From the NCBI RefSeq assembly GCF_009914755.1, contig NC_060929.1: 64,000 nt of DNA. The stretch is one strand, 5' to 3'. The position numbers were made by a program, and so were the translations under genes. The notes beneath the pieces were generated by a model that was not told the DNA's origin, did not search any database, and saw only the letters and a program-made list of their open reading frames with translations. This DNA is from the human T2T-CHM13v2.0 reference genome, Homo sapiens. Below, piece by piece: positions 13,785-29,937 of the stretch; position 1 is the first letter of the stretch; each line of letters begins with the position of its first letter.

Positions 13785-14904
13785 ATATAAATAATAAAGT
13801 GTGTGGTCCCTGAATAGCCAATCATTTACCATGAAGAAAGTTGTTTTTATGATCTAACATATACCACCCAATGTAAAAAGAAAATAATGGAAAGAAACTA
13901 GTGTTTTAAAACTTTGTTGAACTTCCAAATTAGTGTTCTTTCCTTAAACGTTTCAGCTACTTGAGTTAATATATTTCCTTTATTGTTTAACCTAGTTTGT
14001 ACTAGGTTACTTAAAAAATGGAAAATGTTCAACTAATGGAATATTTTTCTTAGATTAAATTTTATTGAATAAGGAGTTTAGACTTTCAGTAAGTATTAGC
14101 TCTACACAAAATAATATGTTTACTATAGATAATATACAGTAAAATGTGTTTCCTTGAGGAGTAAAGGTGAGTGGGAAGGGATTCCAGGACAGTTGGGAAA
14201 GCAGTAGGACTAGGTGAGACGCTAAAGTCAGTCATCATGAGTTCTATTCAGCCTGCGGCAGAATAAAAGCTTCATATAAGAGAAAAAACATTTTTTTTCA
14301 GCCTGTTTTAATAGATCTTTTTGTAGCTATTGCAGTGTATAAGGATAGTAATTATGGTTTACATTTTTGGTTGTGGTTGTTCCTCTTGATGCTATTTTGT
14401 TTGTTTGCAGCTTAAGCATCTATGAATTTGTGGAAGATTACAAAAGAGCTAGATTTTTACGTCCTCTTAAAATGGAATGCTCTTTCTCTTGCAGACCTCA
14501 AATTCAGGTCTGGTTAGATATGGTGGTGGAGGTGGGGCGGGGGAGCTGTGCTTCCTAGTTTCTATGCCTCTAACCCGAACCTGAGTAGAGTTGTAGACTG
14601 CTGTGAACTCTGGAGAATGTGTTAGACTGGGACATGCGGGTCCTTAGCAGAGGACAGGGAACACATTTCAAGAAGATGACCAGAGCAGGGGCCAGTCAGA
14701 TGATCCATGTGTGTGGTTCATCCCTCTGAAGAGCTGGAGTAACTCCAAGGCAGTGACCACATTTGTGCAGGCAAAACAGGAGAGTGGAGTATCAGAGAGG
14801 TGGAAATTTTTTATGTAGAAGCTTTAAGATCAGAAAATAAAATTTTGAAGAGCAGCACTTGCAGATAAACATATTACCTATTAAAGCTAGAGGAACTTTT
14901 ATAT

Positions 14905-15115
14905 ATAAGCATCTCCCGAGATATGTTGTTTGGAATAGTGTTTTTTTGGTACATTAATATAATTACATAAAAAGAGTGTGTGAAGGGATTTTCTGATTAA
15001 ATGGGTGAGAAAATAATTTTTCAAAACAATGTAAGACATTTTCTTACTGCCAAGTTACTCAGTCTCATTAAATATGCACTGTTAATCTATTGATTTAGCG
15101 TGTACTCCCTCTAAA
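14905..15115. mobile_element. Diverged hAT-Charlie MITE (MER103-like)
   Basis: ttcttactgccaagttactcagtctcattaaatatgcactgttaatct resembles the MER103 core. Confidence 0.3.
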
Positions 15116-15312
15116 TTTCTTTCAGCTCTCTCCTTTTTTTGCTTTTTTTCCTTTCCTTTCATTCCTTTTCTCTTCCTTTCCTTTCATTCCTTTTCTCCCC
15201 CCTCCCCTCCCCGCCCCTCCCTTCCTCTGCCCTCTCCTCTCTTCTCCTCTCCTTTCCTTTCCTTCTATATTATATTTCTTTCTTATTTGCTTGCTTTTCT
15301 TTCCTTTTTTTC
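15116..15312. repeat. CT-rich polypyrimidine low-complexity tract
   Basis: Direct reading (CCTCC, CTTT units). Confidence 0.9.
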
Positions 15313-15374
15313 ATAGATCATTTTATGTCTGTAGGGATTATGGAATACATTTTGTAAAGTGTTAATTGAGCCTA

Positions 15375-15500
15375 ATCACAGAATACCACATACAAGGAGC
15401 CTAAGTCCTAAAGAGAAAAAGTGGCTTGACTGGCTCACACAAAGTGTGAGTTAGAGATACTTAAAATTTAAATCTATACCCCCAAGCTTGACTTTTTATA
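15375..15500 (-). mobile_element. MIR fragment
   Basis: agagaaaaagtggcttgactggctcacacaaagtgtgagtt resembles the antisense MIR core. Confidence 0.45.
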
Positions 15501-16719
15501 TACCCCCTGACAATTTCCTTCTGTTATAATATCTAACATACATTGGTTTTCATTTCCTTTACAAAATGTTTTCCTTTCATTCATGTTGTCTGGTAAATAT
15601 TTAAATGGAGGAGTTAATAATTGTTTACTGGGCAGACACACTTCACATTTCTAGAAGGTGGGCCCAAGTCCACCTGCTTGATCCCTCTAAAATGATGTGA
15701 GCCATTTTTGTTGCAAGAATCTCTAACATGATGGTTATAGTACTTCCTAAAAGTACACCATCATCATTAAAATAACTAAATGCTATCTAAACAGGGGCTT
15801 GTGAGGATATCTATTTTATAGAATTTCTTACTGCAGTGGAAGTACTTGTATTCATAGTAGCTTAGCCATTGTTAAGAAGAAAATGCTAGTCAGGACTTGA
15901 AAATTAGATAGATTCAACTTCTCTATGTTTTCCTAAATATAGTCTTGACTATATAAGAAGAATGTCAAAATTGTATGAGCGGATTGCCTTATATTGCAAT
16001 TTTTAAGAAGTAGTATAAAATAAGTCATAAATCCTCCATAGCTATCTATCTTCTTATCTCTCTGAAACTTTTAGAGTGAGCTCATGGTGAGAAGGCAGAT
16101 TGGAATCTCAGATTATATCAGTAATATTGCAAAATCCATTTCAAATAGTTGAGTAGGTTTTCACAGTTCAGTGAAGTATGAGGCAAAAAAAAAAGGAATA
16201 TATAGGACAAGTTGTTTAGTCAGTTAACAGGAGAATATGAAAACTTGTAATTTTTAGTATGCATAGTCATAAAATGTGATTCTAAAAAACTAATTAAATC
16301 TAAATAAGGACAATGACAAGCCTGAATTTTAAATGGGAATGTTTCATATAATCATTTGTATATAAAATAATAACAAATTACATTAAAATCTTGAAATGTT
16401 ATAAAATATTGAAAAATGTGTAGAACGAAGTTTAATTGGGTTAACTCTTGTATTACATATAAATGGGAAAATAAAATTACTCAGGTAATAAAATACAGCA
16501 TTGTATATTAATTATGATGTCACAACTGACAGAAATCATAAAACAGCAGTTTCAGCATAGATGGACTAAGACAATGTAATCCTTCCATGGGAATGATGAA
16601 GGCAGTCTGTTGGGAGATGATCCCATTCCATGGTCCTGGCTAAAGACTGGAACTGGGCAAGAACATTCAGTGTAACATTAACTACTACCCACAAACAAAG
16701 GTTGTTGTGAACACAATTT

Positions 16720-16890
16720 AGCTACTAGGACCATGAAAGATTAAACAGAATTTGAGGAAAAGAGACTGAGATGTGGGCTTACTGAAGCAGAACATTAACT
16801 TCAATATTCTACTACATTCAGATAATTGAAGGGCAATTATATGAGAGGTGAGGAGAAATATGTAATGCGTATCAGAGACCCTCTTACGAA
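16720..16890 (+). mobile_element. CR1/L3 fragment
   Basis: gaggaaaagagactgag...ttcagataattgaagggcaattatatgagagg resembles the L3 ORF2 3' region. Confidence 0.3.
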
Positions 16891-17328
16891 GCTGAAATGA
16901 TGTTTACATCTGAGAAGCATAGAGAGTTAACTATGTGAAGACTGGGCCATGGTGCCCCCTCTTTCCACAACCTCTGTGAAGCCTAGGATATTTTGGCTTT
17001 CTTTATTCTGGGACTTGTAGCCACCCTGTTCATATGGCATTGCTGCTAGCATATGACACTTTAGTCTTCAAGGCTTTTGAAGACATGTTTAAGGTAATTT
17101 CCAATCAAGATCTATTTAAAGTGATACTTTTCATTCAAACTTAGAGGAGAATGAATTTCCCTGCAATAGTATGTTCTATTCTGAATACCTTAATACCTTT
17201 GTTTTGATACCTAATAGATGCAAGTATTACTTAACCTATTCATTATAGAATCGTTCCTGTAGAAAGAAGAGAGAGGAATAATGATAATACAATATATTTT
17301 TAAAAACTCATATTTCATTTGCTGTTAC

Positions 17329-17525
17329 CAAGACAGATTTACTGTGGAGCTAATGATGCTTAAGTTGCAGGCACAACACTTGGATAGATACCTTCTTCTA
17401 AGAACTTACAAGGAGCACTTGCAAGGAGTCACATGATTGTATGTTTGTGTACAATTTGTAAAAGTAATACATTTTGTTGTATTTATTTTTAACAGAGCCT
17501 CCACAAAATCTGGACGTGTACCTTA
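17329..17525 (+). mobile_element. hAT-Tip100 MITE (MER69/Arthur1-like)
   Basis: cagatttactgtggagctaatgatgcttaag...aatttgtaaaagtaatacatttt...ccacaaaatctgga. Confidence 0.5.
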
Positions 17526-18307
17526 CTGCTTCTCTGATATGCAAAGAAAATCTGACTTTTTATGTATTTCATATTGAAATTTGAACTTAACAACAAAAAC
17601 CTTGTCAAATAGTATTATCACAATGCTTTCTGAAATACACATCTCTTTTTCAGATAAAATTTGTCTCTAGAGTAAACGTTCAGTCTTCAGTGTTCTGCTC
17701 TCACCCCCAACACTTCTCCAAGATAGAAATCTTTCTCCTCCCGAACAAATACAGGGTGGTGTACTTGATTTGTTATACATGTGTGGAAGAGGGGCAGGTA
17801 AATCAATTAAGTCTGTGTGTTATCTTTATGGTCTTTGTTAGTCTCTACTTCAGTGTTTTAGCTGGTCTGATCCATGAGCTAGAGATCAAGTACATTGTTT
17901 CTTCATACAGCCAGTGCCTGATAATTCTTTCTGAATCTCTTATCAACGCTGCAGACCTCTGTATGAGTTAGCAACATTATATAATTCTTGTTTGGGTTTT
18001 TAGCCCAGCTTTTGCAGATAGCTTCTTGCTGTGTGATTGCATAGCATATCTCAGTTCTCAAGAATGATCAAGATTATCACTATCTTGTCTCTCCCAGGGC
18101 ATGCAGAAACTTCTAATCAGATCTACTTCACTACACATGGGAGCAATGAGAGATGAATATTCTAATCAAGGTTCCTGTTACAACTTCCTACTGGTCATTG
18201 GACTTTTGTGGCTGTCACCTTCCACATTACCAGTAAGAGTAAGGCCAAGCCCTCTTGATTTTTACTTTTCGGTTACCATTCCATTATAGAATTTTGCCAT
18301 TGACAGG

Positions 18308-18699
18308 TGTGGAGATTATAAAAATTTCCCCAACTCTTCATCCTTCCATGTATTTACATCCTTCTCAATGTGAATTTGCAATTCTGCCTATCAAGAGATG
18401 GCATCTATTTTCCCACTACTTCAACTTGGGCTGGCCTAGTGATTTGCTTTGACCAATAAAATGAGGCAGCAAAAGTAACACTGTGAAAATTCCCTTCTAG
18501 TTCCACTTTATAGTTTAGTTCTGTCTATTTGGTCCTCTGTAAAGCATGTCTGAGATAAAATGCTAAAGATGAGAAACCATGTGGAGAACAACAGCATAAT
18601 GCATAATGCAATACATAACCGGCAGAGACACAGGAAATAATCATTGGTAACCACTAAGTTTTGGTATTGTCTGTTACATAGCAATGGCTAACGGATTCA
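18308..18699 (+). mobile_element. MaLR LTR (MLT1H/I-like)
   Basis: TG start; cctatcaagagatggcatctattttccc...gggctggcctagtgatttgctttgaccaataaaatg; end ccactaagttttgg...gttacatagcaatggctaacggattca. Confidence 0.75.
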
Positions 18700-19204
18700 T
18701 GGGTTCTTCTCTCTCTTCTCACGGAAGTAATATAGCTCTGTTTTACTTACCCCACAGAATATACTGTTTTTTATGCCCACTCTTATTACAAGGTTGGATG
18801 TACTGATGCTCAGCTTTATTTTGGCAATGTAGAAGGAAGTATACATAGTTTTAAAACCCCCATTTCACAGATTCTTTCATTCAAGATCATTTTTTCACAG
18901 GATCTCCAAAACTAATCTTTAAGATTAACGCTGATCAGTGATCACTTTGCTCCAATTGTACCTGCCATCTCTTGGAAGATATGGCTGCCATTCACAGATC
19001 GTATGGTGAGCCACAAGGAAATCTGACCAACAGGACATGAAAAAAATCACTGATAATTTTCAATATAATTTTTGCTATTACATATTCATTCCAGGGATAG
19101 ATATGATATTAAAATAGAAATGTGAAGACCTCTTCAAGGTCATTTTTACTTTTAAGCGTAGCTAACAATGAGCAAAATTTTTGCAGGTTTTGAAGCTTAA
19201 TGAT

Positions 19205-19405
19205 TAATAATAAAAGTAATATGTATGAAGCTTTCTACATTTTCAAATACTGTGATCAACCTATCTCACTTAAGTACTTAGGAAACCTCTATAAGGCAGG
19301 CAATCCATGAATTATTATCTCTACTTTACATAAAGAGAAATTAAGCTTTATAAATAATAAAGTGGCAGACCTGGATTTATTTCAATTTCTCTGGCTTCTA
19401 ATCCA
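19205..19405 (-). mobile_element. MIR
   Basis: attattatctctactttacataaagagaaattaagc...agtggcagacctggattt. Confidence 0.6.
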
Positions 19406-19409
19406 TTAT

Positions 19410-19600
19410 TCTTTGCAGTATGAGGAAAAATGAAGTAGGAGAGATAACATGTTCATATCCAGATACAATACAAGGTAGAATATGCTAAAGTAAAGGGTAA
19501 ATATAGTTCTGTAACAATTTAGAGGGGAGAGAATTACATTGCCTTTGGATGATTGATCAAAAGTGGCATTTGATTTGGGTTTTACAAAAAACAAGGTTAG
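19410..19600 (-). mobile_element. L2 fragment
   Basis: aatacaaggtagaatatgctaaag...agaggggagagaattac...gtggcatttgatttggg. Confidence 0.4.
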
Positions 19601-19679
19601 CTCAGGAACATAACAATGAATCAACATCATAGATATGTATTAATGAAACATACTGTACTAACTGAATAATGGATTATAA

Positions 19680-20125
19680 AAACACTCGAGAATTTCAATT
19701 AATACAAAATTGTTTAAATTCAATATCAATTTTTAAAAATAATAGCAAACTAAAAATGCAAAGGTCTTTTTTTAATCAAATAATGAGTACCTTTCAAAAA
19801 CCTATACCAAATTTTATACTTAATGGAAAAATTTCAAAAGCATTTCAGTTAAATCAGAATATGACACAGATGTCTTCCAGAGCTGGAACTAGGGTGAGGC
19901 CATTAAAGACCAGGTCAACTTTTGTACGACTCTGAAAGTGAGTGACCCTTTAAAATTTGCACCTTAGGCCTCACTGGCCTCTTGCTAGATATTCTAGGCA
20001 ATGAAATTGAAGACATATAATTAATAAGATGACTATGAATAAGGCACATAAGTGGAAAAGGAGACAAAACAGTGTTTATTTACCAACTATATAATGTTTA
20101 TTTCACAAATACTAAATGTATATCA
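19680..20125 (+). mobile_element. Ancient L1M ORF2 fragment interrupted by a MITE
   Basis: aaaacctataccaaattttatacttaatggaaaa translates KPIPNFILNGK, homologous to L1 ORF2 KPTANIILNG. Confidence 0.55.
19877..19990. mobile_element. hAT-Tip100 MITE (MER96-like)
   Basis: cagagctggaactagggtgaggc...aaaatttgcaccttaggcctcactggcctcttgctag with imperfect terminal inverted repeats. Confidence 0.5.
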
Positions 20126-21559
20126 GCCTAGGTTTTGCAATACATCATTATGAATCCAAGATAAATAATCTTTCATTTGCAAAAGTGAACTCAATAAATA
20201 GTTTTGGTATTCTCCTAGCAAGGGTGTTATAGTTTTCATGATTTGAATAAAAAAAAAAAGCTCTCTTCCCTTGTCTTACAACTACTCACTTTTGTCAGAA
20301 ATGTTTTCCTGTTCAAAACATCTCCTAGCTTCAAAGGAAGACCCTGGTTGATAGTCTGCCACCAGATGAATGAGAAGTAGATTTCAATACCTACATTAGT
20401 GCCTGCCCATTTCCTCTCCCCACTCTCCTGCTGTCACTCCATTTAATAAAACCCACTAACATATTCAAGAAGCTGTATCATCAGTGCAATAGTTGAGTGT
20501 CCTGTGTAAAGGATCTGCTTTTTGGGCCAAGGGGTCCTGTGAAACTCCAAAGTAGTTTTTGTACCAGTGCTGCCACTGACATGAATTTCTGCTGCTACCA
20601 AATAACAGGCACTGGGCACCACTACTCTTGAGTTCCCCTACATGGGTGCAGGATGGGTCCTCACACCAAGGTACTGGATCTTGTTGCTGGCAGTATAAGT
20701 ATGGTCCCTCAATATGTCAAAGCACCCATTTACACCCAGAGATCATCTGGAGCAGTCAGCACACTAATGCTGTGTTTGTAAGCATATTATATTCTTTTCA
20801 TTGTGTATGATATCTTGTATACTCAGTATGCTATTGAGCTCTTAGGGAATATATTTTACCAGGCTTTATACTTCAGCCCAACTATCTCTGGGACTCAATC
20901 CTAGTCCCCAAAACAAATGAGTCAGAGGGCAAATTTGAGTGTCACACATCTGACTATACTTTCAGTGGTCCATTCCTTTCACAGTTCCAGAGAAGCTTTC
21001 TCCTTGTGCAGAATTATGTGGTGTCCTCTAAGGGTAATTTTTTTCTCTGAAGGGTTCTTTGCACCTCATGCAAAAAACACTTACGTCTTGTCCTTACCAA
21101 TCAATCTATCAGACATGGCCAATTATGCCATGGTTAGACATATCTTAGACTGAATTGAAAAACTGTATAAATTCTTGTCTTCCAGGAGGGTTTTTTTGAA
21201 CAATTAATTATTCAACTTGACAATGAAGGCATAAAATTGTTACAACTAATAAAATAGAGAATAAATTCTCAAACTCTTGAAGTTAAAAATATATAAAAGA
21301 GGTTTTGACCTCCCTAGTATTTCATCTAGTTGCCTGTATTGAGAATGTAAGTATCAAATATTAATAATATACACTAGTTAAAATTCTGTAAAAAGAAACA
21401 GCAATATCTGGAATATCAAGTACTTTGTACTAGTGTTCAATGTCAATAGTATGAGCTTTGCTTAAGAGGTATGATCAGGAAATTCCCCAAATGAGATTTT
21501 TTTTAGGAAGAATGTCAGTGGAGACAAGACTTCTTATATTTTGCAGTTTATGTTTTTCA

Positions 21560-22095
21560 GATTGTCAGCATGGGCTTTAGAGAGAGGCTTGCGTTTGAAG
21601 CCCTTTTATTCCTCTTGCTAATTCTGTGATCATAGGCAGTTACTTAAATTCTCTGTGTTTCAGTTTAATTTACTACGAAATTGGAGTTATATATTTTTTT
21701 TCTTTTTTTGAGACAGAGTCTTTCTCTGTCGCCCAGGCTGGAGTGCAGTGGTGCAATCTCAGCTCACTGCAACCTCCACCTCTTGGGTTCAAGCAATTAT
21801 CCTCCCTCAGCCTTCCAAGTAGGATTACAGACACACACCACCATGCCCACCTATTTTTCTGTATTTTTAGTAGAGATGGGATTTTGCCATGTTGGCCAGG
21901 ATGGTCACAAACTCCTGACCTAAAGTGATCTGCCTGCCTCGGCCTTCCAAAATACTGGGATCACAGGCAGGAGCCACTGTACATGGCCAGGGGTTATAAT
22001 TTAATAGAGAATTGTTATGAAACTGATAATATATGTGTTTAGTGTAGTCACTAGCATAAAGAGAGCACTCAATGGTCACTGTTGTTATTTTAATT
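21560..22095 (+). mobile_element. MIR split by an Alu
   Basis: ctgtgatcataggcagttacttaaattctctgtgtttcagttt before the Alu; gagcactcaatggtcactgttgttatt after it. Confidence 0.7.
21694..21988 (-). mobile_element. AluS (Sx-like)
   Basis: Full dimer; degenerate TSD ggagttata / ggggttata. Confidence 0.95.
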
Positions 22096-23848
22096 TATTC
22101 AAATAGTTCCTCTAAACTTCCTTAGAACTTTCCTGGTTTCTACTCTGTTACCTGTGCAAGGATGAAATACATAAATTGTCACAGACTTTAGGCTACAATC
22201 ACCAATTCTTCTGTTCATTTCTGTGATTTACATACAATTAAATTTGCTGAAAGTGAGCACACCAAAACAAGATGGAATGTTTTCACATTTTCTTAGATTC
22301 CTTGGATTATAAACACTCGTATATGCATTTAATATGTGCAAGGTGAAGTGATAAAATGCAGCCTTAATTCAATGAGAAGCAATATGAAAAAGTCATAAAT
22401 TTTTAACATGAGACACAAAAGTCCCACACTTTGTATTTTTCAGCTCTGGGTAGAATGGTAAGCTCATCGTACTTTGTAAGTCAGCAATGCAGCTGACTAA
22501 GGCCAGGGGGCACTATAATTAGATAATGAAATGAGAGCATTATCAATTTTTTCCCACTTTTAATATGTCTGACAATCTCACAAAAAGCAGGTTTCTCTCA
22601 AGACAAGACTGGCATTGGATGGCTGGGCTTGGCAAACCACCGGAGGATGAAAAGCATGCTTTTAAGAACAGTTGAAATCAATGCCTCTTATCAGCATCCA
22701 GCCCATGGAAATGTGTTCTCTAGAGCTGGATTCCTGAGCTCAGAGATTGCTTTGGCAGTGTTCAAAAATGAAGACGGAGATCATTCACATCAATTTCGCT
22801 TAATTAGCATTTACATGACTTTCATTTCTGTTAAGTTAGCTAATTAACAACATGGTACCAAATCTCAACTCTCCTACGCCTCTCTTTTGAGTTCACAGGC
22901 ATTTTTCACTCTCCTGCTCACTAAAATCAGCTCTGTTCACTTCTTCTGCAATGATTCAGGCTTGAGGGTAGTTCCCCATTGAGACACAGTAGCTATACTA
23001 TTAATTTTGTTCTATACTTTTCTCTCTCCGGGAAACAAACTATTTAATTCGTAAGATGGCTCTGAGGCAATGTGTTTATGTTGTTGAGCAGATTTTTGTA
23101 GTGCTTGTATTGAACAATCGAGTATGCTGACTGGAAATTATTATACTTGCCACACATATAAATTTTAAATAATTTTTTTGCAAAGTCTATGTAAGTAAAT
23201 GAAGAGAGCCCTTTGCATTACCGAAATGAATACTAACTTGTGTTTTCATATTTATTTTTTCTTAAAGAGAGTTGTGATTATATCTTCATAGTAAATCTTT
23301 GATCATTGTTGAATGCATCTGACACTTTTGCCTGATCAGGATGAACTCCCTACCTCCTTCCAAACTACAATATTGGGAAACTTCTAAATAATTCCCAGGT
23401 CACATTGAAATTTATAATCAGTTGACTGAGCCATATCAATCAGTTCTTTGCAGAAAGAATTCATGTTTCTCTCTATTAACCCCAGAATTTGATTCTCAGT
23501 TCTACTTAAACTGGCATCAATACTTACATCTCTCCTTTTGCGCACAACTGAGAACAGTTTACATTATTCAACTTGGAGAAAAATGAACAACATAAGCTCC
23601 AAATATCTGGAACCAGTATGGTCCTCTTAATTTGGACTTAGCACACTAAGTTTGACATGGTTTAGTCAATGTTTGGTATTTTATCACAATGCAGTAGACT
23701 TGCACGGTGGGCTATACAGTTTCAAGTACTCAGTATTATTCTTGGTGGATAACTGCCAGACATAGTCTAGATACTTACCAGCACTACCAGGAAATTGGAA
23801 TAGTCGCAATAAAATTTTATATTGCAACTTTCCTAAACTTCTCCAGGT

Positions 23849-23925
23849 TATATATATATATATATATATACACACACATATATATATTTATGCACACACA
23901 CACATATACATGTATATATAATAGG
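23849..23925. repeat. (TA)/(CA) microsatellite
   Basis: Direct reading. Confidence 0.9.
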
Positions 23926-24911
23926 AATATATAATATATTGTAGAAAAATTATATTTTACTTGTATATGTAACTTGTATTCATATATGTTAAATAACAGT
24001 GAAAAGTCATTATCTTTTACTTGTATATATATTTTACTTGTATTTATATTTTAAATCACAGTGAAATATCATTATGAATAAGTCTTAATAGATTATTTTT
24101 CAGCAAAAGTCACTAAAAATAAATCAGGTCATATAAATTTGACAATAGAACATCTGCTTGGGGCATATTGATAATTGAATACATTTAAATTTAAATAAAA
24201 TTTTGCATAGAATTGAAATAATTTCTTTAAAATATATGGATAACACTGCTAGCACAGCAGTCTGAGATCGACCTGAGAGGCAGCAGCCCAACAGGGGCAG
24301 GGGCGTCCACCATTGCTGAGGCTTGAGTAGGTAAACAAGGCAACCAGGAAGCTCGAACTGGGCAGAGCCCACCTCAGGGCTACAAGGCTTCCTACTCTAT
24401 AGACTCTACCTCTGGGGGCAGGGCATAGCTGAACGAAAGGCAGCAGAAACTTCTGCAGACTTAAACATCCCTATCTGACAGCTCTGAAGAGAGCAGTGGT
24501 TCTCCCAGCATGGTGTTTGAGATCTGAGAATGGACAGAATGCCTCCTCAAGTGGGTCCCTGACCTCCGTGTAGCTTAATTGGGAGACACCTCACAGTAGA
24601 GGCAGACTGACACCTCATACAGGGAGGTACCCCTCCGGGACAAAGCTTCCAGAGGAAGGATCAGGCAGCAATATTTGCTGTTCTGCAATATTTGCTATTC
24701 TGCAGCCTCTGCTGGGAATACCCAGGCAAATAGGATCTGGAGTGGACCTCCAGCAAACTCCAACAGACCTGCAGCTGAGGGACCTGACTGTTAGAAGGAA
24801 AATTAACAAACAGAAAAGAATAGCGTCAACATCAACAAAAAGGACATCCACACCAAAACTGCATCTGTAGATCACCAACATCAAAGACCAAAGGTAGATA
24901 AAACCACAAAG

Positions 24912-25943
24912 ATGGGGAGAAACCAGAGCAGAAAACTGAAAATTCTAAAATCCAGAGCACCTCTTCTCCTCCAAAGGATCACAGCTCCTCTCCAGCAAGG
25001 TCACCAGCAACAAAGCTGGACAGAGAATGACTTTGATGAGTTGACAGAAGTAGGCTTCAGAAGGTAACTAATAACAAACTTCTCCAAGCTAAAGGAGGAT
25101 GTTTGAACCCATTGCAAGGAAGCTAACAACCTTGAAAAAAGATTAGATGAATGGCTAACTAGAATAAACAGCGTAGAGAAGACCTTAAATGACCTGATGG
25201 CACTAAAAACCATGGCACAAGAACTACATGATGCATGCACAAGCTTCAATAGCTGATTCGATCAAGTAGAAGAAAGGGTATCGGTGATTGAAGATCAAAT
25301 TAATGAAATAAAGCAAGAAGAGAAGTTTAGAGAAAAAAGAGTAAAAAGAAATGAACAAAGCCTCCAAGAAATATGGGACTATGTGAATAGACCAAATCTA
25401 TGTTTGATTGGTGTACCTGAAAGTGACAGGGAGAATGAAACCAAGTTGGAAAACATTCATCAGGATATTATCCAAGAGAACTTCCCCAAACTAGCAAGGC
25501 AGGCCAACATTCAAATTCAGGAAATACAGAGAACACCACAGAGATACTCCTTGAGAAGAGCAACCCCAAGACACATAATTGTCAGATTCACCAAGGTAGA
25601 AATGAAGGAAAAAACGTTAAGGCCAGCCGGAGAGGAAGGTCGGGTTACCCACAAAGGGAAGCCCATCAGACTAACAGCGGATCTCTCAGCAGAAACTCTA
25701 CAAGCCAGAAGAGAGTGGGGGCCAACATTCAACAATCTTAAAAAAAAGAATTTTCAACCCAGAATTTCATATCCAGCCAAACTAAGCTTCATAAGTGAGG
25801 GAGAAATAAAATCCTTTACAGATATGCAAATGCTGAGAGATTATGTCAACACCAGGCCTCCCTTATAAGAGCTCCTGAAGGAAGCACTAAACATGGAAAG
25901 GAACAACCGGTACCAGCCACTGCAAAAACATGCCAAATTGTAA
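24912..25943 (+). pseudogene. L1 ORF1p (RNA-binding chaperone), disrupted
   Basis: ATG GGG AGA AAC CAG at 24912, TAA at 25941; fragment 25284-25868 gives KRNEQSLQEIWDYV...RISYPAKLSF; premature stops. Confidence 0.93.
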
Positions 25944-26005
25944 AGACCATCAGTGCTATGAAGAAACTGCATCAATTAATGGGCAAAATAACCAGCTAAT
26001 ATCAT

Positions 26006-26120
26006 TAGAGAAAAAAGAGCAAAAAGAAATGAACAAAGCCTACAAGAAATATGGGGCTATGTGAATAGACCAAATCTACGTTTGATTGGTGTACCTGAAA
26101 GTGATGGGGAGAATGAAACC
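26006..26120 (+). repeat. 115-bp dispersed duplicate of ORF1 segment 25328-25442
   Basis: Direct alignment by eye, about 6 mismatches, no indels. Confidence 0.95.
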
Positions 26121-26129
26121 AACATCATA

Positions 26130-29937
<3,808 letters not shown>

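Larger units (their letters stand above)
11888..14040 (+). mobile_element. Old MaLR/ERVL LTR (MLT1K/L- or LTR16-like) split by the LTR12C insertion
   Basis: 3' end ttcagctacttgagttaatatatttcctttattgtttaacctagtttg matches the MLT1K/LTR16-type terminus; left part 11888-12194, right part 13785-14040. Confidence 0.45.

Noticed and set aside
14490-14810. GC-richer block with a GC box and an acceptor-like tract as a promoter or exon
   Set aside because: No CpG island, no convincing donor and no recognisable ORF; may be an old repeat I cannot name
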